The notes under the pieces were generated by a model that did not search any database, was not told where the DNA came from, and saw nothing but the letters and a program-made list of their open reading frames with translations. From a virus (lineage: Duplodnaviria; Caudoviricetes), in IMG/VR virus record IMGVR_UViG_3300029705_000009: 64,000 nucleotides of DNA; one strand, 5' to 3'. Below, one piece after another: positions 24,730 through 34,365 of this stretch. Numbering within the stretch: position 1 is the first letter of the stretch; the number at the start of each line of letters is the position of its first letter. Made by a program: the position numbers and the translations under genes.

Positions 24730-24927
24730 ATAAATTCTGGTGGTTCTTTTACATCTACCACCAAAGATGTATCATAAGAAAGGAGGTACGTTTGCAAGAA
24801 GCAAACCAAACTTTAGGAATATGTCGTAATAATAGGCTTTTATTGCACACTTTCGTTTTTGTGTGTAATTTTATTTACCTACGATTGTTTTTTTGAGGAC
24901 TTAATGTCCTCAATCTCAACTGTACTT

Positions 24928-24956
24928 AGTCTACCATACTATGCAATAATTGTCAA
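24928..24956 (-). promoter_or_regulatory. Sigma-A-type promoter facing the RNA array
   Basis: TTGACA-17 nt-TAGACT with TG extension. Confidence 0.7.
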
Positions 24957-25020
24957 TACACTTTTTGATATTTAATTTTATTTACCTATTACCAAAAAAA
25001 AATAATTTCCTGATGAAACT

Positions 25021-25049
25021 ATACTACCACGGCTAACACATATTGTCAA
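25021..25049 (-). promoter_or_regulatory. Second tandem sigma-A-type promoter
   Basis: TTGACA-17 nt-TAGTAT with TG extension. Confidence 0.7.
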
Positions 25050-25065
25050 CACCTTTTGCATTATT

Positions 25066-25482
25066 TTATTCACCTATTTTTTCTTTATATGGCACCGGTA
25101 TGTCATATTCTTTCCAGGCAATAATGTTTATCTTGTCAGACACAGGTTTTCCACAATCCTCTTCCCAACGTTTATCATATTGATTCCATGTCACTTTTCT
25201 TACGTAATAGAAATCCTTTTTTCTACTATCTTTGGTAAGGATGGTAACCCAGTAAGGGTTATAGTATTCTTCAATTTCAGGCAGCCGATCAGAAACCGGA
25301 ATCCAATCTTTGTTATATTCCTCTTCTACTTCATTAACGATTTTGATAGCCGTATTAAATGCATGGTTTTCTATGTCGCTCACTTCATTATCGGATAATG
25401 CAATACACATATTCTTCATGGATTTTAATTTTAGATTATGTGCTGCCAATCGCTCTTTTATCTTCTCAAACGCCGTTTTCAT
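25066..25482 (-). CDS. DUF551-like protein with MxxAFEKI N-terminus
   Basis: WIPVSDRLPE...IIAW. Confidence 0.7.
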   Translation of the reverse strand: MKTAFEKIKERLAAHNLKLKSMKNMCIALSDNEVSDIENHAFNTAIKIVNEVEEEYNKDWIPVSDRLPEIEEYYNPYWVTILTKDSRKKDFYYVRKVTWNQYDKRWEEDCGKPVSDKINIIAWKEYDIPVPYKEKIGE

Positions 25483-25895
25483 TGCTCCACCACCTCTATT
25501 CTTTTCCCACAAGTATTACAGTAAACATTCTGCATACTTGGCTCATTACTAAACAGTCTTCCGGTATGAGGATTTCTAATAAACCCATTTACGTGTTTCC
25601 ATTCGCAAATATCATCCACAAACCTCACATTTTCCTCAACATCCTTAATAGCTTCTGCAATAAACTTGTCCCTTGCTAGGTTGGGTTCTAAAAGCTGTTT
25701 CAGAGTGAGTGTAGGCTCTTTGTGTTTCTCTGCTATTCCGTTAACGATTTCAAGTGAAACGACAATTCCGTTCGCATACCCTTTTGCAGAATCGAATTGC
25801 AACTGATTTTCTCTTGCACATCTTTCTTTTTCTCTATCAGCAAGAAATAATTCTTCTTCCAATCGCTCTTTTATCTTTTCGAACGCACTTTCCAT
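25479..25895 (-). CDS. Hypothetical protein, MxxAFEKI paralog with C-terminal Zn ribbon
   Basis: Overlapping stop/start, CEWK...CxxCG. Confidence 0.7.
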   Translation of the reverse strand: MESAFEKIKERLEEELFLADREKERCARENQLQFDSAKGYANGIVVSLEIVNGIAEKHKEPTLTLKQLLEPNLARDKFIAEAIKDVEENVRFVDDICEWKHVNGFIRNPHTGRLFSNEPSMQNVYCNTCGKRIEVVEQ

Positions 25896-26209
25896 CACTC
25901 CACCACCTTTATTTTCTTGCCACACACAGGACAATACTTATATCTGTATTTTTCTTCTTCAAGGCAAGATATAACTAATTCTGTATTATGTTGACAATGT
26001 AAATATACTCCGTCAATTTTCCACTCGCAAAAATCATTAATGCATTTATCTGCTACTTCGTTTACGATTTCGCTTGCTTTATAAAAGCCATAATCTACCC
26101 CATGATAATAATTCTTATCAATTTCGGAGTTACTTTCATATTTATCTCTAGCGGCTATTCCTCGCCTTTGCTTAAACTGTTCTAAAATCTTTTCAAACGC
26201 TTCTTTCAT
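25895..26209 (-). CDS. Hypothetical protein, MxxAFEKI paralog with C-terminal Zn ribbon
   Basis: CEWK...YCPVCGKKIKVVE. Confidence 0.7.
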   Translation of the reverse strand: MKEAFEKILEQFKQRRGIAARDKYESNSEIDKNYYHGVDYGFYKASEIVNEVADKCINDFCEWKIDGVYLHCQHNTELVISCLEEEKYRYKYCPVCGKKIKVVE

Positions 26210-26324
26210 TTCTGCTCCTTTCTACTCTGTTTTCTCCAAAAGTTATCGCATTTAAAAAATATGTTTTTGGGCACTCTGAACTATATACCTAAAATACATA
26301 TGTAATATTTCATTTCTGCTCCTT

Positions 26325-26645
26325 TCACTCCAAAATGCTTACCGCTTTATTAGGATTTTCATTTGCCCATTTCACCCAATTTTCTGCAAATGGTCTGGTT
26401 TTTTCATTCAGGCCAAACACTTCTCTAGTAATTATGTAGCCTTTGCCAATACACTCTTCCATCATTTCAGTATTAGAATCTACATCGTCGGCATCTAATG
26501 GAATGAATTTTGATTTTGTAAAATATCTTCTACCATATTTCTTCGTAATGGTAATTTTTTTGATTTTGTCCTCTATCAATACCCATACTTCTTTTCCGTC
26601 ACGTTCTCTCTTGTAGATGCCACCTATTGAATCTCCTATATTCAT
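26325..26645 (-). CDS. Hypothetical protein
   Basis: ORF with RBS. Confidence 0.65.
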   Translation of the reverse strand: MNIGDSIGGIYKRERDGKEVWVLIEDKIKKITITKKYGRRYFTKSKFIPLDADDVDSNTEMMEECIGKGYIITREVFGLNEKTRPFAENWVKWANENPNKAVSILE

Positions 26646-26647
26646 AC

Positions 26648-26968
26648 CTACTCCTCTACCAACTCTAATATTTCAATAGCAACAATCATTTGGTTCATAC
26701 CGTATCCATCTTCATGAATCTCCAGCGTGTCACCATTTTCATTTTTTAATGTAACTGAATATACTCCATAACCATCATCGAAATATTGCAAATTACAATC
26801 GTTTTCAGTATCATCAAAATCCCATGTGTCAAAATCCGAACAACCAATAATATCTAAGCCTCTACAATTGCCGCCCATTTCAAAGATTACATGTCCGACA
26901 TAATCCCATTGCTGCAATGTAATTTTTACCTTATGTCTTCCTATTAAATTAGGGTCATAATTCTTCAT
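26648..26968 (-). CDS. Hypothetical phage protein
   Basis: ORF after AAAGGAGCAGAC. Confidence 0.65.
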   Translation of the reverse strand: MKNYDPNLIGRHKVKITLQQWDYVGHVIFEMGGNCRGLDIIGCSDFDTWDFDDTENDCNLQYFDDGYGVYSVTLKNENGDTLEIHEDGYGMNQMIVAIEILELVEE

Positions 26969-26979
26969 GTCTGCTCCTT

Positions 26980-27168
26980 TCACAGTAATGCTTTCTGTAT
27001 TGCATCGTTAATTTGCCATCTATATGGTACATTTCGTATAAGCAGACATGTGTGGCCGTACTCGGCACCCTCCTCTGCCTCTCTTCCCATAGGACATTCG
27101 TTACAAATACAACTATGTGTTACGCATTCATTTTGAATAACGTGTAATGCTTCAATTAGCTTTTTCAT
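26980..27168 (-). CDS. Small Cys-rich protein (MKKLIEALHVIQ paralog)
   Basis: Shares both ends with 27679-27858. Confidence 0.65.
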   Translation of the reverse strand: MKKLIEALHVIQNECVTHSCICNECPMGREAEEGAEYGHTCLLIRNVPYRWQINDAIQKALL

Positions 27169-27296
27169 GTCTGCTCCTTTCTAAAACAGTCCAAATAATT
27201 TCAACAAACTCATAAAACACAATGTTATAAAACCACTTAAAAAAATGCAAAATATGCGTATCGTTGCATTAATCCATCCTTTCATGTATGCTCCTT

Positions 27297-27479
27297 TCAC
27301 TCCCAATGAAATCTCTCATGCCATTGTTCTTCTGGTGGCAATCTTTTGTACGCATTCAAGCATAACTGTCTATCTGACTTATCTCTCCATCTTGGGTCTG
27401 GCATTGCAACATGACAACTGCATTTGCCATCTTCATTTAGTTGTAAATTCGCACACGTACTGCATTGAAATGCTTTCAT
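27297..27479 (-). CDS. Small Cys-rich hypothetical protein
   Basis: ORF with RBS. Confidence 0.55.
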   Translation of the reverse strand: MKAFQCSTCANLQLNEDGKCSCHVAMPDPRWRDKSDRQLCLNAYKRLPPEEQWHERFHWE

Positions 27480-27678
27480 GTCTGCTCACCTACTTTTTAA
27501 TTCTTTGTATCAATGATTTAATATATCTGTTTCCTTTACCCATGAATCCTCCTATAGTTGCAATTATCCACATGCAAATAAGGTTTTCTGTCGCACGTTT
27601 CAAAGTGTTTGCAGTCGGCACATTCTTTGAAACCAAATTTAAATAAATATATGATTTTCTTTAACTTATCCTTCATGT

Positions 27679-27858
27679 CTACCCCTTTCGCAGTAATGCT
27701 TTCTGTACTTCCATATCATCAATTTCCCAAGTTTCTGGCTCATATTTAAGACCACAAAAGCCATTTATGGAAAAAGGACATTTAGGATCTTCTGCACACC
27801 TTCTGCGTTTCTTGCATTCTTTTTGAATAACATGTAATGCTTCAATCAGTTTTTTCAT
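27679..27858 (-). CDS. Small Cys-rich protein (MKKLIEALHVIQ paralog)
   Basis: Shares both ends with 26980-27168. Confidence 0.65.
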   Translation of the reverse strand: MKKLIEALHVIQKECKKRRRCAEDPKCPFSINGFCGLKYEPETWEIDDMEVQKALLRKG

Positions 27859-28181
27859 TTCGCACTGCCTTTCCGCATATCTGCTCCGCACTCATAACAG
27901 AATTTCATTTCCCTACCATAACCAACAACCTTTAATTTAAGTCCACAAACAGAGCATTCTTCCCACTTTGCAAAACCATGTTCATCTTCTTTTACAACCC
28001 ACTCCCCATGAACCACCGGTGCAGCTTCGATTGTAGGCTGGTCATCAACTATGCTAATTATCGAACAAATGCTATCGGCTACTTCTTCTGCATCTGAATA
28101 ACATCCTCGATTAGCAATCACTCCTGAACGCTCTTCCCACAATTCCTCTATCAACGCACTTCTGCTTATCAAATCACTCAT
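27855..28181 (-). CDS. Phage Zn-ribbon protein (DLISRSAL paralog)
   Basis: DLISRSAL...QPTIEA.PVV.GEW...CSVCG...C.ECGA.MRKG. Confidence 0.7.
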   Translation of the reverse strand: MSDLISRSALIEELWEERSGVIANRGCYSDAEEVADSICSIISIVDDQPTIEAAPVVHGEWVVKEDEHGFAKWEECSVCGLKLKVVGYGREMKFCYECGADMRKGSAK

Positions 28182-28210
28182 ACTCTTCTCCCTTCATCTG
28201 TTGCTAAATT

Positions 28211-28459
28211 TCAATTTGTCCACTTGCTGTTATATTTCTCTAGCCTATCTTCTACCGACTTAATACTTTCGTTGATTGTACTTAATGCGATTTCGTAGTT
28301 CTCAATTTTATTATCAAGAATTTCAAATCTTTGGTCTTTTAATTCTTCCAAAATAAGAGAACATACTGCTTGTGCTCCGTCTGCAAAACCACTTTTATAT
28401 TTATGCTCTAAATCCTCTTTGGTAACAGAATTACTACAGCCACTCTTGCTAAGTCCCAT
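28211..28459 (-). CDS. Hypothetical protein
   Basis: GGAGG RBS. Confidence 0.6.
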   Translation of the reverse strand: MGLSKSGCSNSVTKEDLEHKYKSGFADGAQAVCSLILEELKDQRFEILDNKIENYEIALSTINESIKSVEDRLEKYNSKWTN

Positions 28460-28520
28460 AAAAACACCTCCACAAATCTTTATTCTCCCTTCATCCATTG
28501 CTAAATTTCAATTAACTGCA

Positions 28521-28898
28521 TCAATCTTCATCTGGTAGGAATTGCGGACAATCATCTTCTGTTTCGATAAGCTTGTCACCTATGTTACAGTTGCAACTAC
28601 AATTTGCATAACCTTCTTCTAATTGAGAATTATAAGAATCATTGCAACTATTTCTTGCACATACTCTGCATAGACAATCGGCACAATCTTCATCTGATTC
28701 TACCAATCTTTCTTTTTTCGGATCAGTCTCCTTAAATTCCTTCTTCTCTGGCAACGGTTTCAAAGGGCACCAATCTTGCTTTGTCTCATATCTGTTAGAG
28801 CAAAACTTATTTGCTTTCATGCAAATTCCATCATTTGAACATATCTCACATTCTGCACAGTTTTCTGGCATGTCCATAATTAAAATTGCTTTGCTCAT
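28521..28898 (-). CDS. Cys-rich hypothetical protein
   Basis: MSKAILIMDMPENC...WCPLKPLP. Confidence 0.65.
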   Translation of the reverse strand: MSKAILIMDMPENCAECEICSNDGICMKANKFCSNRYETKQDWCPLKPLPEKKEFKETDPKKERLVESDEDCADCLCRVCARNSCNDSYNSQLEEGYANCSCNCNIGDKLIETEDDCPQFLPDED

Positions 28899-29212
28899 TT
28901 CGCACCGCCCTTTCGCATAATTGCACCACACTCAGGGCATGAATTACATTTCACATAGTCTGACCAATAAGCCATACGATACTTGCCGCACACAGAGCAT
29001 TTCGGTTTCCTATTCCCATGTTCATCTGGTTCTTCTTTGAGCCATTCACCATACACCACCGGTACAGCTTCGATTGTTGGTTGCTCATTGATAATATCTA
29101 CTATTGTCGTGTCATCATAGTTATCACCACACACACCATCGTCCAAGTAAAATGAGACCTCAACGCCCTCTATCGATTTCAACAACGCACTTCTGCTTAT
29201 CAGATCACCCAT
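28895..29212 (-). CDS. Phage Zn-ribbon protein (DLISRSAL paralog)
   Basis: Paralog of 27855-28181. Confidence 0.7.
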   Translation of the reverse strand: MGDLISRSALLKSIEGVEVSFYLDDGVCGDNYDDTTIVDIINEQPTIEAVPVVYGEWLKEEPDEHGNRKPKCSVCGKYRMAYWSDYVKCNSCPECGAIMRKGGAK

Positions 29213-29214
29213 CT

Positions 29215-29505
29215 TTATTTATCCTTTCCACTAAATAATTCCATAGTTTTCTTGTGCAAAAATTCCACATCGTCAACTCCCAAAGTAGGAAACACCTGTT
29301 GCCAGTGTCCGTATTTTGCAGAATGTTGAATCCATTCACTTTCCATAGGCTCTAGCATTGGCTCATTATTCCTCACAAACATCATAAGCCTAATATCAAC
29401 TGTCTTAGTATCTCTGTTAAACACCATTGACAAACTCATACTATCATCACGTTTTTGGTATACCACATATCTATCTGTTTCGCCGTATTTGTTACTTTCG
29501 TTCAT
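29215..29505 (-). CDS. Hypothetical protein
   Basis: Start at MNESNK after GGGAGAAG. Confidence 0.6.
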   Translation of the reverse strand: MNESNKYGETDRYVVYQKRDDSMSLSMVFNRDTKTVDIRLMMFVRNNEPMLEPMESEWIQHSAKYGHWQQVFPTLGVDDVEFLHKKTMELFSGKDK

Positions 29506-29716
29506 ACTCTTCTCCCTCTTGCTCAGAAATAAACCTATTAAAATCACTTGCAACAAACTTTGGGTCACCATAAAATCCACTTTGGTATCTATCATCTTTT
29601 TCCATGATAGCTTTAATTAAAAGTGCATTTCTTCTGCTACTGCATATCAGTTTCAGTTCTCCGTTCTCGTATAAGCCATAATCACAAACTATAGACCTTA
29701 CATCATATTTGCTCAT
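29492..29716 (-). CDS. Hypothetical protein
   Basis: ORF with RBS. Confidence 0.6.
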   Translation of the reverse strand: MSKYDVRSIVCDYGLYENGELKLICSSRRNALLIKAIMEKDDRYQSGFYGDPKFVASDFNRFISEQEGEEYERK

Positions 29717-29728
29717 GCTCTTCTCCCT

Positions 29729-29908
29729 TCATCCTCTACTAAGATCTATTTTGTTTACATCCCGGATTTCTGGCATACGAACCTGCGATGTTTCTATTAC
29801 TTCAAATATTCCTATAACCCAGCTGTCACCTTCTACTTTTTTGCTTTTGGTTGTAATGCTGATAACCTCCACATCATCATCACAAATTACTGTTATTTCC
29901 CTTGCCAT
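29729..29908 (-). CDS. Hypothetical protein (59 aa)
   Basis: Manual ORF MAREITVICDDD..., fills gap with RBS. Confidence 0.5.
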   Translation of the reverse strand: MAREITVICDDDVEVISITTKSKKVEGDSWVIGIFEVIETSQVRMPEIRDVNKIDLSRG

Positions 29909-29910
29909 AA

Positions 29911-30330
29911 TTATTCTCCCTTCATCTTCTCCAAGGCTACTTCGGCTTCTTCTCTGGTTCTAAAACATTGATTCTCAAATTCTTTAAAGTCCAACTTCCA
30001 ATAATCCCTTTGATTTTCAATAGAGTCTAACCAGGCATATCCGCAATTAATTTGGTTTACTTCGTCTACGTGAATTGTGTACCCTGTACATTTGACATGT
30101 GTCACTGTATCATCTTCATAAGCGAGCACCCAAAACTCATCACCCACCTTGCAAGGCAATACCAGAAGTCTCCCTTGTTCTTCTAAATCCTCATAATTTG
30201 CAAGCTTCTTCATTGCATCTGCAAAAGGATTGCAATGATGGCATTCATAATAACCATTTACACATTCTTTTTCGCAAACCTCATAACAGAGTGCTGTTTT
30301 ATTATTTAACCATTTAGTCAATCTCTCCAT
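29911..30330 (-). CDS. Phage hypothetical protein (MERLT...KLA.YEDLEEQGRL..LPCKVGD type)
   Basis: Recognisable recurrent phage motif. Confidence 0.7.
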   Translation of the reverse strand: MERLTKWLNNKTALCYEVCEKECVNGYYECHHCNPFADAMKKLANYEDLEEQGRLLVLPCKVGDEFWVLAYEDDTVTHVKCTGYTIHVDEVNQINCGYAWLDSIENQRDYWKLDFKEFENQCFRTREEAEVALEKMKGE

Positions 30331-30331
30331 G

Positions 30332-30607
30332 TTATTCACCCCAATTAAATACCTGATAGCAAAAGCTACAACAAACATCATCTTCATCCACGATACATCC
30401 GCAATTTGGACAGTTGCCTATAAATCCTACAAAAACCTTCTCATCAAGAACCATTGTTTTGTGCGTCGGATTCTTCGGTGTCATCCTTTCCAATGCTAAA
30501 ACTGCCATTTCCAACGCTTCTCCAAGTTCTCCCTTGGGATTTCTATCAGCTATATACCGCATCAATGGTGTTTGTTTAATCTTTTCGATTGCTTCTTTCT
30601 CTGTCAT
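30332..30607 (-). CDS. Phage Zn-ribbon protein
   Basis: ALE...PK.P...CPNCG...C..C.Q...W. Confidence 0.65.
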   Translation of the reverse strand: MTEKEAIEKIKQTPLMRYIADRNPKGELGEALEMAVLALERMTPKNPTHKTMVLDEKVFVGFIGNCPNCGCIVDEDDVCCSFCYQVFNWGE

Positions 30608-30631
30608 AATCACCACTCCTATCATTTTTCA

Positions 30632-30820
30632 TTATTCTTTTCGCTTAATACATATAATTCTGATATCATTCTCTTCCATCTTTTCATAACGTCGATATCC
30701 ACACCAACCATGTTCGGCACCACAATTTTCTTCACAAAATTCATAACTATCATTTACGTGATCACACAACATGCAATTAGGATCTTCGTCATCTGCTGTA
30801 TATTCTATGTATTTTGCCAT
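30632..30820 (-). CDS. Small Cys-rich hypothetical protein
   Basis: ORF with RBS. Confidence 0.55.
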   Translation of the reverse strand: MAKYIEYTADDEDPNCMLCDHVNDSYEFCEENCGAEHGWCGYRRYEKMEENDIRIICIKRKE

Positions 30821-30821
30821 A

Positions 30822-32783
30822 TTAATCTCCTATCATTTTCAAAAAGTCCTGCTCAGATATGATTTTAACACCTAGGCCTTTTGCCTTAGAATTTTTTGAT
30901 GAATTACTATTAACATCGTTATTCACCAGGTATGAAGTTTTAGCACTTACAGATCCACTTACCTTACCTCCAAGGTTCAAAATCTTTTCTGTAAGTTCTT
31001 CTCGATTCTTAAAATGTTCCAAAGAACCTGTAATAACAAATGTTTTCCCAGCCAATATACTCGTTTGCATATTATTTTGCTTACTTATTCCGGTTTCAAA
31101 ATTAAATTCCCTTTTCAGTTCCAAGAACTCAATCCAATGAGCATCACGCCAACTTATTAACGACTTGTACATTGTTTCACCAAACCCCTCAATTTCTAAA
31201 AACTTTCTTGCAGCTCCGAAAGATATGATTTGACAGAATGTATCAATATTTCCCTTACAAAGTTTAGAAATATCCTTACTTGCTGTTCTTCCAATTAATG
31301 GAATGCTCTGGGCATACAAGAATCTCTCAAGATTAGTATTTTTACTCTTAGCAATGTTCTCAAGCAACTTTAATACGCTCTTCTCTCCGAAGCCAGGTTC
31401 CTTTGTCCATTCGTTTTTATATATATCTAAACTGTAAATATCCTTTAATGATTTAATCCAACCTTTTGATAATAAAAATTCTAATGTTGCAGATGACATA
31501 TCCTCAATATTCAAGGCCTGCTTGCTACAAGCGTGTTCTAACTTAGATAACAGCTTAGCTTGGCAATCAGGATTAATACAATGAAGTGTTTTGCTTCCGT
31601 TTTCGTTGTGGATTTCTGTTGGCTCACCACAGCAAGGACATTTATCTGGATATGTCCAGGTATTACTTCTGGTTAAATTGTCATGAACCTTGGGAATTAC
31701 CATATTGGCACGGTACACAGAAATAGTATCGCCAATACCCAATTCTAAATTTTCAATATAAGAAATATTATGTAACGTTGCTTTGGTTGTTAATGCTCCA
31801 TCCAAATCAACCGGCTCAAATATCGCTACTGGATTAATTAACCCAGTTCGAGTAGTATTCCACTCAATGTTTGTAAGAACAGTTTCGCTTGTATCGTCTT
31901 TCCATTTCCTCGCCAACATATTAAGAGGATGATGCTCCGTACTACCAAGAGATTTTCCATATTCATAGGAATTATATTTATATATAGTTCCATCCACAGG
32001 ATAATCGTAAGCTTCTGGATTAAAGAATTTTTCATCAATATCTAAGTAGTTTTGTGCAGTCACTTCCTTATGCTCAACCACATCAAATCCCAATCTCTGT
32101 AAATCAGCAAAAGAATCTAATACGTCTAAATTTGTAACACCGTCAATCGAAACAAGTTCAAACACTTTATATTCTAAGTATCTTTCCTTTGCCACATTTG
32201 TATCTAAGGTTCTAACAGATCCTGCTGCCAGATTTCGAGGATGCTTATATGGTTCTGCAAGCTTTTCATTGATCTTATTGAAGTTGCTCCAGGAAATCAC
32301 GCACTCTCCTCGCACCTCTAAATCAATGGGCATTGAAAGCTGCAGTGGTAAATTCATACAATGCTTAAAAGATTCCGTCACATCTTCACCTACTAAACCA
32401 TTCGTTCCTCTAGTAATGGCCTGTTTGTATTTTCCTTTCTCAAACCGACTTACAATCGTAAGCCCATCCAACTTCCAACTCTCTACGGTTGGGTTTTTAG
32501 AGACGAATCTTCCCACTTCACTCATATCTTTTGTTTTATTGGCAGAAAGCATTTGCTTTGTGTGTATTACCTTGGGTAAAAAATCTAAAACTTTTCCCTG
32601 TACTCTATGCAATGGTGAATTGCTCATGATAATACCGGTTTCCTTTTCCAAAGCTTCCAGCTGATCCATCAAATCATCATATTCTTTATCTGACATAATT
32701 GGATTGTCATTTAAATAATAAGCATCACTCGCTTTATTTAATTTGTCTATAAGTCGTTTCATTTCCAAATTCTTTTCCATCAT
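30822..32783 (-). CDS. ligA: NAD-dependent DNA ligase
   Basis: YY..D.P..SD.EYD, KLDG, RGE, PRNLAAGS, DG, TLHN, C4 Zn finger, BRCT (FVITG..GG..V). Confidence 0.96.
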   Translation of the reverse strand: MMEKNLEMKRLIDKLNKASDAYYLNDNPIMSDKEYDDLMDQLEALEKETGIIMSNSPLHRVQGKVLDFLPKVIHTKQMLSANKTKDMSEVGRFVSKNPTVESWKLDGLTIVSRFEKGKYKQAITRGTNGLVGEDVTESFKHCMNLPLQLSMPIDLEVRGECVISWSNFNKINEKLAEPYKHPRNLAAGSVRTLDTNVAKERYLEYKVFELVSIDGVTNLDVLDSFADLQRLGFDVVEHKEVTAQNYLDIDEKFFNPEAYDYPVDGTIYKYNSYEYGKSLGSTEHHPLNMLARKWKDDTSETVLTNIEWNTTRTGLINPVAIFEPVDLDGALTTKATLHNISYIENLELGIGDTISVYRANMVIPKVHDNLTRSNTWTYPDKCPCCGEPTEIHNENGSKTLHCINPDCQAKLLSKLEHACSKQALNIEDMSSATLEFLLSKGWIKSLKDIYSLDIYKNEWTKEPGFGEKSVLKLLENIAKSKNTNLERFLYAQSIPLIGRTASKDISKLCKGNIDTFCQIISFGAARKFLEIEGFGETMYKSLISWRDAHWIEFLELKREFNFETGISKQNNMQTSILAGKTFVITGSLEHFKNREELTEKILNLGGKVSGSVSAKTSYLVNNDVNSNSSKNSKAKGLGVKIISEQDFLKMIGD

Positions 32784-32835
32784 ATACCTCTTTACTTTTT
32801 AATTTACATCTGATATTATGTTTATGATGAACACC

Positions 32836-32849
32836 CGAACAGCTGTTCG
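32836..32849. promoter_or_regulatory. LexA/DinR (SOS, Cheo) box upstream of ligA
   Basis: Perfect palindrome CGAAC-AGCT-GTTCG. Confidence 0.65.
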
Positions 32850-32933
32850 CCTCGGTTGTTCACCATTTTACATAATACATCGGCAAACTTGCTTCTTTTA
32901 TGTTTTCCGATATTTTCCAATATTTAATTTTAT

Positions 32934-33236
32934 TTACTTAAAACCTAAAAAATCTATGTCAATTTCGATATTACCATCCTGTAGCACGATAGAATCCGAG
33001 TATTCATCATATGTAATATTATCATTAGTATTTTGAATATTTAATACAAACCTTCCTGCTTGAATACTCACAGAATCATCATAAACCTTACAATAGTCTG
33101 GAATTATGATATTATGCATGTCTCCAAGATTAGTATGTATGCCAACCGTAATTGTCTTATGATTTTCAATACATTCATTCACCTTCTTTCTTAAGATTTG
33201 GAATACCTCAACTACTGTCTCATTAACTAGTCCCAT
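32934..33236 (-). CDS. Hypothetical protein
   Basis: GGAGGTG RBS. Confidence 0.65.
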   Translation of the reverse strand: MGLVNETVVEVFQILRKKVNECIENHKTITVGIHTNLGDMHNIIIPDYCKVYDDSVSIQAGRFVLNIQNTNDNITYDEYSDSIVLQDGNIEIDIDFLGFK

Positions 33237-33378
33237 AATAAAGCACCTCCGTTGTTATATTATATGCTAGACCTACAGATACAATTAACGCTTTATATAT
33301 ATATTATATAAATAATATTAAAGCCGGTGTAAAATATTGTCAAGTGTTTATTTGGTATATTATTTTATTCCCCTAAAA

Positions 33379-33428
33379 CAAACTCGTGTTCGCCTTTATA
33401 TTATATACCACACATATTAATTTGTAAA
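33379..33428 (-). promoter_or_regulatory. Sigma-A promoter (TTTACA-17-TATAAT) with downstream SOS-like box
   Basis: -35 33423-33428, -10 33400-33405, CGAACACGAGTTTG at 33379-33392. Confidence 0.55.
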
Positions 33429-33456
33429 TACCAACAGAAAAAAAGACTACCCGGAT

Positions 33457-34365
33457 TTAATCCAGATAGTCCTTGTGATCTATTATATAGCGTGTTTTAG
33501 AAATTTGACAATTATATTTCTCTTCAACTTCTTTAAAATATGGAGAATGTATATATTCTGAATCTTTCATTCCTAATTCTTTTGCTCTTTTCTTGATCAT
33601 ATGTAACATACCTGAATCAGATATGCTATTGAGCGTGATGTAAGAAGGAAGACCAAGAAAATTAATAATTCTACCGAAAGCTTGATATATATTTCTTCCC
33701 ATTTGATAATCAGACACGTCTGTTTTTACGGTATAATGATGCTTCAACACATATCCTCTATCAACCAAAGGAATACTTCTAATCGGGCCATAATATCTAT
33801 CTTCTTCGATACAGTCATCAATAATATGACGCAATATATTCGATATTTCTATTTCCCTTCCGGTACAAAGACTTAATGTATTTCCATTAACATCAGACGG
33901 CTTCAGCTTTGCTAATTCACAATAATCCTTACCGCCTATACCCTCAAATGTTCCCAACAATACATACTTGTCTTTAGGATTCGCAAGCTGCATCACCCAG
34001 TCCAAAACCATACTTTCAGTTACTATTTTTTGATTGAATACTCCTTTGTTTATAAATCCATTAAAATCTTCGTATTTAATTTCAATATAATGATTTTGAT
34101 TGTCTGCTACTAAATGCTGACTTAAACACCATTGCGTATACATTGATAAATGGCTATTAATAACATCTAATGATTTTATCGTTGGAATATTCAACATTTT
34201 GTAAAATTCTATAATCTCATATACTGTAAAGTCGTGAACATCTTTGTTATATTCAAATTCCATTTCGGAGGTTTTTTCAAACAATCTTTCCAGATATCCG
34301 TTTGGCAGAGTGGTTTCTTGATTTTTTTCATAGATATATCTTGATTTTAACTCTTCATTATACAT
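33457..34365 (-). CDS. SPbeta YopR/MrpR(SroF)-like repressor (degenerate tyrosine-recombinase fold)
   Basis: MYNEELK.RY N-terminus, E....KD..DF, FEGI.G...EL..L; position after YopQ-like gene. Confidence 0.7.
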   Translation of the reverse strand: MYNEELKSRYIYEKNQETTLPNGYLERLFEKTSEMEFEYNKDVHDFTVYEIIEFYKMLNIPTIKSLDVINSHLSMYTQWCLSQHLVADNQNHYIEIKYEDFNGFINKGVFNQKIVTESMVLDWVMQLANPKDKYVLLGTFEGIGGKDYCELAKLKPSDVNGNTLSLCTGREIEISNILRHIIDDCIEEDRYYGPIRSIPLVDRGYVLKHHYTVKTDVSDYQMGRNIYQAFGRIINFLGLPSYITLNSISDSGMLHMIKKRAKELGMKDSEYIHSPYFKEVEEKYNCQISKTRYIIDHKDYLD

